From IMG/VR virus record IMGVR_UViG_3300045391_005857: DNA of 64,000 nucleotides, one strand, 5' to 3'. Every line of letters begins with the position of its first letter. Position 1 is the stretch's first letter. Positions 28,362 through 37,851 of this stretch are shown piece after piece. The notes beneath the pieces were generated by a model. That model did not search any database and was not told the DNA's origin. It saw only the letters and a list, made by a program, of their open reading frames with translations. Both the position numbers and the translations under genes were made by a program. This stretch comes from an uncultured virus (IMG/VR IMGVR_UViG_3300045391_005857) (lineage: Duplodnaviria; Heunggongvirae; Uroviricota; Caudoviricetes).

Positions 28362-30356
28362 ATGGCTACTCGCGATTCGTCGCTGCGCGCCGGTACCCGG
28401 CGTGCGTACAGGATGTCTGAGTTCGGGTACAGCGATGTCGGAGGCCTGCAAGGACGCAAGGTGCTCAAAGACGCCCGGGCTGACCATTGGTCGCTCGGTT
28501 ACAATCGCGGCCCGACCACGTTCCGGGCTCTCCCGGTGCGTTCGTTGGATAACCCGCAGGCCTGGGACCCGTATCGGTTTGGCTTGGAGCCGAACAACTT
28601 CGGCGATTGGATTCGTCGATACCCGGGCGTACGGAATATGGGCGCTAACGGAAACGGCGTCACGTTCATCTCGATTGACCCTGCCAACCCGCAAGCGCCG
28701 GACATCAATTCGACGCCCGGCGCGATGCTCTACAACGCGATCAACCGCGCTGTGGACTCGGGACAGGAGCGACCGGGCTGGGCGGCGATGCTCAAAGGCG
28801 CTCGTGGTCGAAGTGCAGCTCTCTCGCGGCCGACGGACTTCTGGCTCTGCCAGTGCTTCCTCGCGCAGCACGGCGGCAAGGTGTATATGCCGCCCAAGGG
28901 TTTCGGCGAGAACGACAAGCCGATCGTGATGGAGATTTCCCATCAGGCCGGTACGACGCTCATGTCCGAACTCAATCGTCCCCGGGACGGCTTCCAGGGC
29001 GATCCCAATAACTGGGAAGAGAGCATGGCTTGCGGCGACGTGGTCTCGTTGCAGACGGGTCGTTGGATCACGTTCTACACGCTCGGCGAGGGCGATCCTC
29101 GCACGCAACGGAACGCTCAACACTCCGGCTGGCAGCAGCCGCAGCAGATGGGAATGGGTCAGGCCAACAACCAGCAGGACTCGCAAGCTGGTTATGGTTG
29201 CTTCGTCGAGCCGATGTTCGGTCAAGTCTCTGCGCGCTTGGCGGAGTACGAGGGTATCGTGCAGGCGAAGACCATGGCATGGGACGACATCCTGTGGTTC
29301 CCCACGCTCGAAGAGCAGGCAGCTCTCCTGGCCGACAAGTTCCCGGCCGAGATGATCGTGTACGCTTGGCGCGATCGTCAGGAATGGATTCCCGAAGCGG
29401 TGAAGCAGCGTGCCGTCGGTGCGCAGCAGTTCGGCATGTATCAGGGCGTGCCGGGTCAGCAGCAAGGTTGGGGTGCTTTGGTGCCTCCGGCCGGGCCGAT
29501 GATGCCGGGCATGATGCCGAACCCAGGGTATCCGATGGGTCCGCAGGGCATGGGTGGCTATCCGCAACAGCCGGCTTACGGAATCGATCCGTATACCGGT
29601 CAGTCGGTGCCCATGGCTCCGCCGCCGCCACAGGTGGACCCAGCGTCGATCTACGGTCAGCCGGCTCCAGCAGGCTTCTCGCAGCCCGCCCCGGCTCCGC
29701 AGCCGACGATGCAGGCACCGCCGCAAGGTGGTGGTTGGGGTGCTCCGCCGGCCGGTATGTCGCATCCCGCGGCACCGTCGGTTCCGATGGCTCCGCCCGC
29801 GCCGACGATGGTGGCTCCGCCCGTCGGCGGTGGTTGGGGTGCTGCGCCAGCGCAGGGCAGCGTGCCCTACACGCCGCCCCAGGCTCCGCCGCCTCAGCAA
29901 ATGGGTCCGCCGATGTCGGGTCCGCCCGGCATGGGTGGTGGTTGGGGTGCTCCGCCGCAAGCGCCGCCGCCCCAGCAAGCCCCGCCGTCGGCGTTTGTGC
30001 TAGTTCCTGGCACACCCGGCGCGCAGCACGCCATGCCACCCCAGGGCGGCCCTCCGGCCGGCATGGGCGGTTGGGTGCAGCAGGGCAATACGGCTGCCGA
30101 TCCGTCGGTGCCGAGCGGCATGCCAGCGCCGACAGGTCCGATGGTGCCCCCGCAAGGTCCGCCGGCCGGTTATCAACCGCCGCCGCAGACCATGCAGGCC
30201 CCGCCAGGACCGCCGCCACAGGCCCCACAGCCCCCGCAAATGGCTCCGCCGGCGGGACCGCCGCCTGGTTACAATCCTCCGCCTCCACCGCAAGCCGGGG
30301 CTCCTAATCGGGCTCAGGCGGCGTTAGCAGCGGCTCACGCTGCTACGGGTCGGTAG
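28362..30356 (+). CDS. Probable ssDNA-binding/recombination mediator protein with long P/Q/G low-complexity tail
   Basis: Globular N-terminal ~350 aa (TTFRALP) then ~300 aa P/G/Q/M-rich with GGGWG repeats; lies between polA and recA; function inferred from context. Confidence 0.5.
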   Translation: MATRDSSLRAGTRRAYRMSEFGYSDVGGLQGRKVLKDARADHWSLGYNRGPTTFRALPVRSLDNPQAWDPYRFGLEPNNFGDWIRRYPGVRNMGANGNGVTFISIDPANPQAPDINSTPGAMLYNAINRAVDSGQERPGWAAMLKGARGRSAALSRPTDFWLCQCFLAQHGGKVYMPPKGFGENDKPIVMEISHQAGTTLMSELNRPRDGFQGDPNNWEESMACGDVVSLQTGRWITFYTLGEGDPRTQRNAQHSGWQQPQQMGMGQANNQQDSQAGYGCFVEPMFGQVSARLAEYEGIVQAKTMAWDDILWFPTLEEQAALLADKFPAEMIVYAWRDRQEWIPEAVKQRAVGAQQFGMYQGVPGQQQGWGALVPPAGPMMPGMMPNPGYPMGPQGMGGYPQQPAYGIDPYTGQSVPMAPPPPQVDPASIYGQPAPAGFSQPAPAPQPTMQAPPQGGGWGAPPAGMSHPAAPSVPMAPPAPTMVAPPVGGGWGAAPAQGSVPYTPPQAPPPQQMGPPMSGPPGMGGGWGAPPQAPPPQQAPPSAFVLVPGTPGAQHAMPPQGGPPAGMGGWVQQGNTAADPSVPSGMPAPTGPMVPPQGPPAGYQPPPQTMQAPPGPPPQAPQPPQMAPPAGPPPGYNPPPPPQAGAPNRAQAALAAAHAATGR

Positions 30357-30381
30357 TTGTAATTTCTGATGTTGGAGTTTA

Positions 30382-30419
30382 GACCCGCTGGCGATACAAC
30401 CGCCAGCGGGTCGTTTTTT
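30382..30419 (+). terminator. Rho-independent terminator
   Basis: Perfect 12-bp stem GACCCGCTGGCG/CGCCAGCGGGTC followed by GTTTTTT. Confidence 0.88.
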
Positions 30420-30437
30420 GCTTACGAGGAATTTTTT

Positions 30438-31850
30438 ATGGCCAAGCGGCGTACGATCGGTTGGGCGGGGGCGCAACGCGAGCCCCAGTTGGATGGTTTG
30501 TTTGGGAGCATGCGGAACTACGTGCAGGAGCGCACCGGCCTGACGGGCTCGATCGGTGCGGAGGCGGAGACGTTGCTGGTGGGTTTGCCGCTCCCAGCGC
30601 TCTGTTTGCAGTACGCGTTTCAAAGCACGGTGTTTCCGCTCAGCCGCGTGGTGCAGATCACCGGCGAGGAAGGATCGGCAAAGTCGGCGCTACTTTATGA
30701 GATTATGCGCTGGCACATGACGTACGGCGGCGGTGCGGTCTTGGCTCAGAACGAGCTGAAGGACTCGCCCGACCTACGTGCGTCGCTCTTGCAATGGAAC
30801 AAGCAGTGGTTGGCTCGCTGCGACGTCGTCGACACCCACTCGATGCAGGAGTGGCAAAAGGTGTGGACGTTCGGTTCGCAGTTCATGCGGGGCATCATGG
30901 ATCAAGCGGGGGGCCCCGGTCGCACCGTGCCCGTGGTGATCGCCTGCGACTCTCTCACGGCGACGGCGCCAGAGGAAGAGATTGCCGAGATGATGAAGGA
31001 TGGTTGTGCCAAGCGTGGCTTCGCCTTGCTGGCCAATCTGATCTCGCGGTACATGCGGACGATCCCTCGGCAGATTGAGGGCTATCCGTTTACCTACATC
31101 GGCACCAACCATTTGAAGCCGGCCACGGACTACATGGGCCGGCCCACCGCGAACATTCCCGGCGGCAAGTCGGTGAAGTTCATGGAGACGTTCGAGATCG
31201 AGATGCATCGGCATCACATCCCGGACATCGATCGGCTCGACTACGGCGGATTGCGACTGGTGCTCAAGCTGCGGAAGAACAGCCTGGGTCCATCGCGTCG
31301 CCAATTTGCGGCCGAGCTGCTGTGGTGGACGGGGCAAGACCCGGAGACGGGTTTGCTGCGACAGGAGACGGCTTGGGACTGGCACGCGGCCTCGATCGAC
31401 TTGCTGCTGCGGTTTGAGACCGACAAGGGCAAGAAGACGCTCTACACGGCGCTGCGGGACATCTGCGACATCAACGTGGTGTCGCGGACCGATCGTACGT
31501 GCTGGAGCAAGGCCCTGCAGATCAGCAAGGACGATCCGCTGCCGTATCGCACGGCCGGGGCCATGCTGGAGCAGCGAATGGATCTCAAGCTGCAGATGTT
31601 CCCACTGCTGGGCATCATTCAGCGACGGCCGTTCCAGCCCGGCGTGGACTATCGCGATCTGCTGGAAACGGCCCGCGAACAGGCCACGGAGGAAGCACGC
31701 AATCTCTACACCACGCCGGTGGCGCTGCCGCACGCGACAGGCGATGAGAGCGACACCAGCGAGGTGCCGGTCGATTCAGCCAATGTTGTGCGTGCGGAAG
31801 AGCGCGAGGACGCGAACGAGGAGTCCAGCGAACCCACGGAGGCTTTATGA
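30438..31850 (+). CDS. recA: RecA/UvsX-like recombinase
   Basis: FPLSRVVQITGEEGSAKS (variant Walker A), IACDSL, TNHLK, PGGKSVKF, KNSLGP; GAGGA SD. Confidence 0.82.
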   Translation: MAKRRTIGWAGAQREPQLDGLFGSMRNYVQERTGLTGSIGAEAETLLVGLPLPALCLQYAFQSTVFPLSRVVQITGEEGSAKSALLYEIMRWHMTYGGGAVLAQNELKDSPDLRASLLQWNKQWLARCDVVDTHSMQEWQKVWTFGSQFMRGIMDQAGGPGRTVPVVIACDSLTATAPEEEIAEMMKDGCAKRGFALLANLISRYMRTIPRQIEGYPFTYIGTNHLKPATDYMGRPTANIPGGKSVKFMETFEIEMHRHHIPDIDRLDYGGLRLVLKLRKNSLGPSRRQFAAELLWWTGQDPETGLLRQETAWDWHAASIDLLLRFETDKGKKTLYTALRDICDINVVSRTDRTCWSKALQISKDDPLPYRTAGAMLEQRMDLKLQMFPLLGIIQRRPFQPGVDYRDLLETAREQATEEARNLYTTPVALPHATGDESDTSEVPVDSANVVRAEEREDANEESSEPTEAL

Positions 31851-32446
31851 GCGGGGCAGATCAAATCTTCACGGCCATGCGGGAGAGCAACCTCTCCCGC
31901 GAGGGGCAGGCCCACCTGCAACAAGCCAACTTCGAGGCGACGATAGTCAAGAAGTTGCTGCGGGCCGCGAAGATCGAGTTGAACGTCAAAGCCGCGGTGC
32001 GGGAGTCCTGGGAAGGATTTCAGGCCACCAACATCAGCTTGGCCTGGTTCAACCAGAACTGGCCGAGGTTCCCCGTGCAGCTCGGCACTCACAAGCTGCG
32101 CTTCACGTCGGGCTCGAACATCGGCTGGACCGATCTGTTTGGCTCGCACTTCATGAAGCTGCCGTGGATGGAGGCGTACATGAAGCTGGTGTCGCAGATG
32201 AATTGGGACGTCCACACGTCGCGGATCGGTCTGTGCTTCAACGTGCCGCACGCTCCCGGAGCGGCGATCATGGTCTTGCACAACCAGCCGATCCAGGCCG
32301 ACAATGCCAACCTTGTGGTGGACCCTGAGCGACGCGAGGAGACGGAGACGCGGATCATCCGACCATTCGGCAATCCGCGTGTGACCTATGTCCTCGAATC
32401 GCTCACCAGCTTTATGACGACCGTCGGCACGGACTGGGCGATGTGA
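31847..32446 (+). CDS. Hypothetical protein
   Basis: ATGA overlap, GGAGG SD. Confidence 0.7.
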   Translation: MSGADQIFTAMRESNLSREGQAHLQQANFEATIVKKLLRAAKIELNVKAAVRESWEGFQATNISLAWFNQNWPRFPVQLGTHKLRFTSGSNIGWTDLFGSHFMKLPWMEAYMKLVSQMNWDVHTSRIGLCFNVPHAPGAAIMVLHNQPIQADNANLVVDPERREETETRIIRPFGNPRVTYVLESLTSFMTTVGTDWAM

Positions 32447-33603
32447 ATGCAACTCTGACAACCATGCGCGGGGAGCGGCAACTGTATATGCCGCCCCCGC
32501 TCAAACGGTTTACTAGCAACCAACATTCTCTTCTGATCGACGCGCTGGCGGAGTGCGAGAACGTCACGCAGATCGAATCGATCACAGCTCCGGGTGAGCT
32601 GAAGATCAGCAACGATTGCCGGACGGCGATCGGCGGCTATCGCTATACCACCGACGGCTTTCGGCAAATCTGCCATTTGCTGGGCCCCGGTATCTGGCGG
32701 TTCGTCCCCGATCTGGCTGGCACCCGTAAGCGGAACATGCCCGACGACTTTCTCGACGGGCGGATGGCGATCGGCGTTTTCAACTCGCTGATCGACCTGC
32801 GGTTCCCGGTCTTCAGTCCCTACAAGCTGGTCAAAAACAGCCTGACGGGCATGATCGACGGAGTCGTCGGCACCCTCCACCGGCAGCTCAACAATCTGAC
32901 GTTTTTCCACAGCATTGAAGAATCACTCGCCCAGCTCCCTGATCCGCCCAAGCTGAACGGGGCGTTGATGGTGGGCCGGCGACTGGTTACCTGGTGGAAA
33001 GCGTCACAACCCTTCCTCGCCCTCAGCGGCGGCCCCACGCCGTGGTCGTTCTATACGGGGTTTTACTTTCGTAATGATGAGATCACGGGCTCGGCCGCGA
33101 GAATGACAGCGGCGATCTACAGCCGCGGGGGCGTCTGTCTGTGCCCGTTTAAGACGATGGGCGCTTGTATCTCGCACACTGGCAAGGACTTCACGATTCG
33201 CCTGGCAGGGGAGCTGAATCGTGTGGTCACGCAAACGCTGCCGCTCGATGAGTGGCGGCCGAAGATTGTCGAATCCCTCCCTCAGCCCTTGGGTTTCACC
33301 GCCGACGGTGACAACAAATCCAGACGGCAAAGGTTCAAGGTGCTTGCTGGCAACCTACACCAACTGGGGTTAGACTCCAAAATGGCAAAGGAAGTGGTGA
33401 CGGCCGCTCAGTTATACGGCCGACAGATCGGACAGGTGTTGCCCGAGGAGATGGACCACATACGGCAGGAGGAACTCTTCGCCTCCCGTACCGTAGTCGA
33501 CCTGTTGATGTGTTTGCTACATTTAGCTCGCGGTCGTGACTCAGTCCGACAGGAGCTATTAGCGCAAGCCGCTTTCCACTTGCTTGTCGGTAAATTCTTC
33601 TAG
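32443..33603 (+). CDS. Hypothetical protein (possibly DUF932-like)
   Basis: 386-aa ORF; GTGA overlap; GFYFRNDEITG...C...H pattern. Confidence 0.65.
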   Translation: MNATLTTMRGERQLYMPPPLKRFTSNQHSLLIDALAECENVTQIESITAPGELKISNDCRTAIGGYRYTTDGFRQICHLLGPGIWRFVPDLAGTRKRNMPDDFLDGRMAIGVFNSLIDLRFPVFSPYKLVKNSLTGMIDGVVGTLHRQLNNLTFFHSIEESLAQLPDPPKLNGALMVGRRLVTWWKASQPFLALSGGPTPWSFYTGFYFRNDEITGSAARMTAAIYSRGGVCLCPFKTMGACISHTGKDFTIRLAGELNRVVTQTLPLDEWRPKIVESLPQPLGFTADGDNKSRRQRFKVLAGNLHQLGLDSKMAKEVVTAAQLYGRQIGQVLPEEMDHIRQEELFASRTVVDLLMCLLHLARGRDSVRQELLAQAAFHLLVGKFF

Positions 33604-33612
33604 TACTTCTTC

Positions 33613-34545
33613 ATGGTTACACGTCAAAGGAGCATCCGCATGGGTCGATCCTCTCTACGTTCGCGCGCGATGAAAGCCACGATTCAGCCGTCGGCAGTCA
33701 TCGCCAGCCGCAAGTCGGCATTGAGACTGATGAATAAAAAGCTGCTGGCCAAGCTCCAGCAGATCGAATCGGGCATGGCAAGTGCCCGTACCAACAACCT
33801 CCGCTGGTATTACGAGTTGGGCGAGGTCGTTCGCACGATCCGCGACAACAACGACGAATATGCCGGCACCGACGGCACGAACGGCTTGAAGCTCATCGAG
33901 CAGGCGCTGTCGACGCAGGCCCGCACGTTGCGGCGGGCGGCGACGTTCCGCGAATCGTTCACCGCCGCCGAGTTCGAGCGGCTGATCGGTTTGGAGAACA
34001 CCGAGACCAAGTTCCAGTTGCACTGGGGTCATATCAACTACCTGCTGACCGTCGAGGACCACGACGATCGCTGGCGATTTGCCGTCACGGCCTGCGAGAA
34101 GATGCTTTCGCCGCCCGAGCTGCACGCCCACATGAAGCGGCGCCTGGGCCGTAGCCGCGGCCACGGCCGGCGGCACAAGGTGCCGGAGACGCTCCGCGGT
34201 CAGCTCACTCAGGTCGAGCAAGCCACGACGACGTGGAACACCAAACAAGCCCAGGTGTGGGATGGTGACGACGTCAACGTGATGTCGAACCTGATGAAGG
34301 CCAGCCCCGATGACGTCGATCAGGAATTCGTCGATAACTTGAAAACAGCGCGGGCCGGCTTCCAGGAGATGGCCGAGAGCGCTGCCAAGAACGTCGAGCG
34401 GTTCGACCGCATCATCGAGCGGTGCGAGAAGATGCTCAAGACGAAGCAGCAGCAGGCTGTCGCGACGGCTGCGGCCGAAGCGAACGCCGGCAAACGCACG
34501 CGGGCGATCGACATCGGTAGCTCGCCGCGTCGCAAAGCCAGTTAA
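33613..34545 (+). CDS. DUF1016/YhcG N-terminal-like DNA-binding protein; C-terminal RTRAIDI tag
   Basis: WYYELG and LHWGHINYLLTVEDHDDRWRF...LSPPEL pattern; start may be 33640 (AAGGAG SD). Confidence 0.6.
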   Translation: MVTRQRSIRMGRSSLRSRAMKATIQPSAVIASRKSALRLMNKKLLAKLQQIESGMASARTNNLRWYYELGEVVRTIRDNNDEYAGTDGTNGLKLIEQALSTQARTLRRAATFRESFTAAEFERLIGLENTETKFQLHWGHINYLLTVEDHDDRWRFAVTACEKMLSPPELHAHMKRRLGRSRGHGRRHKVPETLRGQLTQVEQATTTWNTKQAQVWDGDDVNVMSNLMKASPDDVDQEFVDNLKTARAGFQEMAESAAKNVERFDRIIERCEKMLKTKQQQAVATAAAEANAGKRTRAIDIGSSPRRKAS

Positions 34546-34557
34546 GGGAGGAACCCT

Positions 34558-35064
34558 TTGCCGTACGAACAGAAACTGGCGGTTAGTGCATTTCCGCCAG
34601 TGATCGATCCTGTCGTCGCGGTGCTGGAGGTGCAGTCCGGCCAGACCGTCAGCGAGTCTGGCTGGACCCAGTGGCCGCGAATCGACATTGCCGAGGTCTC
34701 GAAATACATTGTCCTGCCGCCTGGGGTGTGCCACTGGTTTGGCCCCTCGGCGGACATGGATAAGTGCCCGATGATGCTCGGCTACGACGTCGGCGGGAAG
34801 TTGAAATACTTCTCCGCCTATGACGCGGTCGATGGCTGGCTCTTGCACGAGGCTCCGGCCGAAATGACCGGACGTGCGGAGCTGCGTCCGAGCATGCGGC
34901 TCATCTTCGACAACGAACGGTCCTTACAGGCCTTTCATCGTTACTTGCATCAAGTGGTCACCGGCAAGATGCCCAATCCGACCCTGGAGATGCTACTAAA
35001 GCACCTGCCGGTGCAGCCGACGATGGGTATCGCCGGCGTTATGAAGGAGGCACCCATTGGCTAG
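34558..35064 (+). CDS. Hypothetical protein
   Basis: GGGAGG SD before TTG start. Confidence 0.65.
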   Translation: MPYEQKLAVSAFPPVIDPVVAVLEVQSGQTVSESGWTQWPRIDIAEVSKYIVLPPGVCHWFGPSADMDKCPMMLGYDVGGKLKYFSAYDAVDGWLLHEAPAEMTGRAELRPSMRLIFDNERSLQAFHRYLHQVVTGKMPNPTLEMLLKHLPVQPTMGIAGVMKEAPIG

Positions 35065-35860
35065 GGACTTTACGATCGGCGTTCTGCTCTACGGCGATCA
35101 CTACGACCTGGCGGTTCGCTGTCTGCAGTCGTTGATGCGGTGTTTCACCGAGGAGCAGGTGGAAATCCGGATCGCGATGAACGAGGCCTGCGAGAAGACT
35201 CGTGCCTACGTCAACGAGATCGCCCGCCACAGCATGGTCACGGTGGTGCTCGACAATCCGACGAACATTCATAAGTACCCGGCAATGCGGCACCTAATCA
35301 AAACCGCCCCGCTGTCGAAGTATTTCATGTGGTTCGACGACGACTCGTACCTCAGTGGGATCGACACCTACGGGGGCGGGCAGGCGTGGTTGCAGCTCAT
35401 CTGGGATACCTTCGATCAGCCCAATGGGCCGGACATGCTGGGAGCGATCTATACGATCAATTTCCAGGGCCAGCAGCGGGAATGGATCATGCGGCAGCCG
35501 TGGTACGGCGGCCAGGTCCCACAACTGCGGAGCCATATCCGGTTCTGCACGGGCGCCTGGTGGACTATCCGCAGCAAGATTCTGGAGAATCTGGACTATC
35601 CGTGGGCCACACTCGATCATCGCGGCGGCGATACCATGCTGGGCGAAGCGCTCTACCAGCGTGGACACGCGCTGCAGATGTTCCGTCGCAATGTTGCTAT
35701 CAATGCGGATGCCGACGGCAACGAATGCCGTGCTGTCAAACGCGGTTTCGATCAGAAGCCGATCGGCTTTGAATTGGGCAACGCACCTGTACTGACACCG
35801 GCTGCGCCGGTAGTATCAACGCCCAGACAGCGCCGTCCCGTTTTAGAGCTTGATATCTAA
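35057..35860 (+). CDS. Glycosyltransferase family 2-like (GT-A)
   Basis: RCLQSL, FMWFDDDS DxD motif, TGAWWTIR, GGD; AAGGAGG SD. Confidence 0.72.
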   Translation: MARDFTIGVLLYGDHYDLAVRCLQSLMRCFTEEQVEIRIAMNEACEKTRAYVNEIARHSMVTVVLDNPTNIHKYPAMRHLIKTAPLSKYFMWFDDDSYLSGIDTYGGGQAWLQLIWDTFDQPNGPDMLGAIYTINFQGQQREWIMRQPWYGGQVPQLRSHIRFCTGAWWTIRSKILENLDYPWATLDHRGGDTMLGEALYQRGHALQMFRRNVAINADADGNECRAVKRGFDQKPIGFELGNAPVLTPAAPVVSTPRQRRPVLELDI

Positions 35861-35861
35861 C

Positions 35862-36245
35862 ATGGAAGTCACCCACAGTCGCATTGATGTTGCCGCCATG
35901 CTCGCCGCCAACCAACGCCCGGCGGCGATCGTTGACCGAGCCCCTGGTGAGTCGTGGTTGGTCTCTTACGACGCCATCCGCATGGAGAGCCCAATCCAAT
36001 GGGCGAACACCGTGCGGGAGGCGGAAGTGTTCATCCCGATGGCTCGGTACATCCTCAACCCGGAAGCGGACCTGGCGCTGGCCTACATCATGCAGCTCGG
36101 CATTCGCGTGTCGATCGACGTGGGTCGGCCCGTCAAACGCTTGCACCTGGCGACAGGGTTTCCCGTGGATGACGTCACCGACCCACACACGAATGAGCGG
36201 CTGCATTTTCGCTACTGGCTAGGCTTTGGAATCGTTCTTGAATAA
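35862..36245 (+). CDS. Hypothetical protein
   Basis: ATG immediately after the upstream stop. Confidence 0.65.
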   Translation: MEVTHSRIDVAAMLAANQRPAAIVDRAPGESWLVSYDAIRMESPIQWANTVREAEVFIPMARYILNPEADLALAYIMQLGIRVSIDVGRPVKRLHLATGFPVDDVTDPHTNERLHFRYWLGFGIVLE

Positions 36246-36256
36246 AGGACTTACGA

Positions 36257-36625
36257 ATGTCGAAACTGTCGGATTGCAAGGAACGCGTCGCGACTGCGAT
36301 TGAGCAGTTGAAACAGGCCGAAGACGGCTACCGGCTCGCCAAGGGTCTGCAGACGGCGCTGGAGACTTCCACCGAAACCCCGGACCTGAGTGGTTTTGGG
36401 TTGACGTTACGTTTGCCGGATGGGGCCACCATCCCGCTACCGATACCTACTGACAAAGAGGCACTCTTAATCATGCTGGATGACGCCTGCACGTTTCTCG
36501 GCAACGAGATCACGCGGGTCTGGGCCGATATCTACACCCAGGCCGGCGCCGCTCGCGACCATTGTCTGGCCGCAGCGCGGCAGCTCGCTCAGCAGCAACA
36601 GGCCGGCGCAGTGCCGCCTTCCTGA
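36257..36625 (+). CDS. Hypothetical protein
   Basis: AAGGA SD; helical 122-aa ORF. Confidence 0.7.
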   Translation: MSKLSDCKERVATAIEQLKQAEDGYRLAKGLQTALETSTETPDLSGFGLTLRLPDGATIPLPIPTDKEALLIMLDDACTFLGNEITRVWADIYTQAGAARDHCLAAARQLAQQQQAGAVPPS

Positions 36626-36626
36626 C

Positions 36627-36812
36627 ATGCCCAAATACGTTTGCAACAGATGTAACACTCCGCGAGGCAGTACCGGGACGCCTTGCGGAACCTGTGGTTC
36701 CCCGGAATTTCGCATAGAGAGAGATCCTCATGAAGTTGCCCAGCAACGTGGCCGTGCGGCCGGAAGCCGAAGCGCGAGCGAAAGCCGCCGACAAGGCCGA
36801 AAAGAAAAGTAA
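36627..36812 (+). CDS. Small Zn-ribbon protein
   Basis: MPKYVCNRC...PCGTCGS. Confidence 0.55.
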   Translation: MPKYVCNRCNTPRGSTGTPCGTCGSPEFRIERDPHEVAQQRGRAAGSRSASESRRQGRKEK

Positions 36813-36996
36813 GCGCAAGGCCAAACGCTCGCCCAAGAAGGCGGCCAGCAAGAAGCGGGCTCCTCGGCGATCGCCCAAGCGTGCCGCCAAAAAGCAGACC
36901 AAGAAGGCTGCCAAAAAGCCGGCCAAGCAGCAGGCTCCTACCAAGGCCGCCGCGCAGCACAGGCCGGGCAGCGGCCCGCCCGGATTCAAGCGCTAG
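36730..36996 (+). CDS. Histone H1-like Lys/Ala-rich basic protein
   Basis: KRSPKKAASKKRAPRRSPKRAAKKQTKKAAKKPAK. Confidence 0.7.
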   Translation: MKLPSNVAVRPEAEARAKAADKAEKKSKRKAKRSPKKAASKKRAPRRSPKRAAKKQTKKAAKKPAKQQAPTKAAAQHRPGSGPPGFKR

Positions 36997-36999
36997 ATC

Positions 37000-37851
37000 G
37001 TGAGCGATCTGCCGCGCTACAACCTCGCACGTATTGAGACGCAGCGCGACCACATCCACAGCATGCTCTCCAGCCACTACGGCGGGCAGACGATCGGTCC
37101 GGAAATCTTCCCCGATTTTCTCACCCGCGTTCGCGGGCTGCTACCGAAGGCCGTCGGAGAGAATGCTGCTTTTGAGTCTTGTCGTTCCTTGCTGGGCAAA
37201 GTGTTCACGCCGGCGGAGTCGCTGCACTTCGCCTGGCGACTCGCCGGCAACGGGACCACGCTCAAGGAAGGTCGCCCGGTGCTGCCGTGGGCGGTCCAGC
37301 GATCGGATGAGTGGGTGCCGGCCCAGGTCCTGCGGGCGATGCTCACGAAGAACTATCGCGATCAGCGCGGCGTCGATTACACGTTCCGCATTATCGCCGG
37401 CACACCGGCCGGGATGCGGATTACGCAATTCTTCAAGCCGCCGGTGGTGCGGCTAGTCGCGAACACGCTGGGTTTCAGCCGCGGCAATTACCCGTATCGC
37501 AACTCACGCGAGCTGGTGGGGCTACGGTGCTACCTGTTCATCGAGCGGGAGCGGAGCGAGAAGGCTCCAGGGTTCTTCCAAGTGGAGTGCCCGGGCTCGC
37601 TCGTCAAATGGAACCGCGACCAGGTGCTCAAGATGCGGGCTCGGATCATCCCGTGCCCCCAGAACTTCATGCACCCCTGCTATCGCTGTGCGGTTGGCTA
37701 CAACGATTGTCCGGCGGGGACACACCGCCTGACGTACACCAAGGGCTTCTGCACGCTGTGCGGCCAGTCCGAGGCGGTATTCGACCCGGAGGACGTCTCC
37801 GTTTACTGCATTGATTGCACCTTCAAGGAGAGAATGAAACATGCTACCTAA
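37000..37851 (+). CDS. Hypothetical protein with Cys-rich C-terminus
   Basis: CP...HPCYRC...CP...CTLC...CIDC. Confidence 0.7.
   Translation: MSDLPRYNLARIETQRDHIHSMLSSHYGGQTIGPEIFPDFLTRVRGLLPKAVGENAAFESCRSLLGKVFTPAESLHFAWRLAGNGTTLKEGRPVLPWAVQRSDEWVPAQVLRAMLTKNYRDQRGVDYTFRIIAGTPAGMRITQFFKPPVVRLVANTLGFSRGNYPYRNSRELVGLRCYLFIERERSEKAPGFFQVECPGSLVKWNRDQVLKMRARIIPCPQNFMHPCYRCAVGYNDCPAGTHRLTYTKGFCTLCGQSEAVFDPEDVSVYCIDCTFKERMKHAT

Noticed and set aside
28332..30307. Long alternative ORFs (28332-29978 minus, 29030-30307 plus, 29068-30288 minus)
   Set aside because: Shadow frames of the GC-rich low-complexity gene 28362-30356; Arg/Ala-rich with no motifs.
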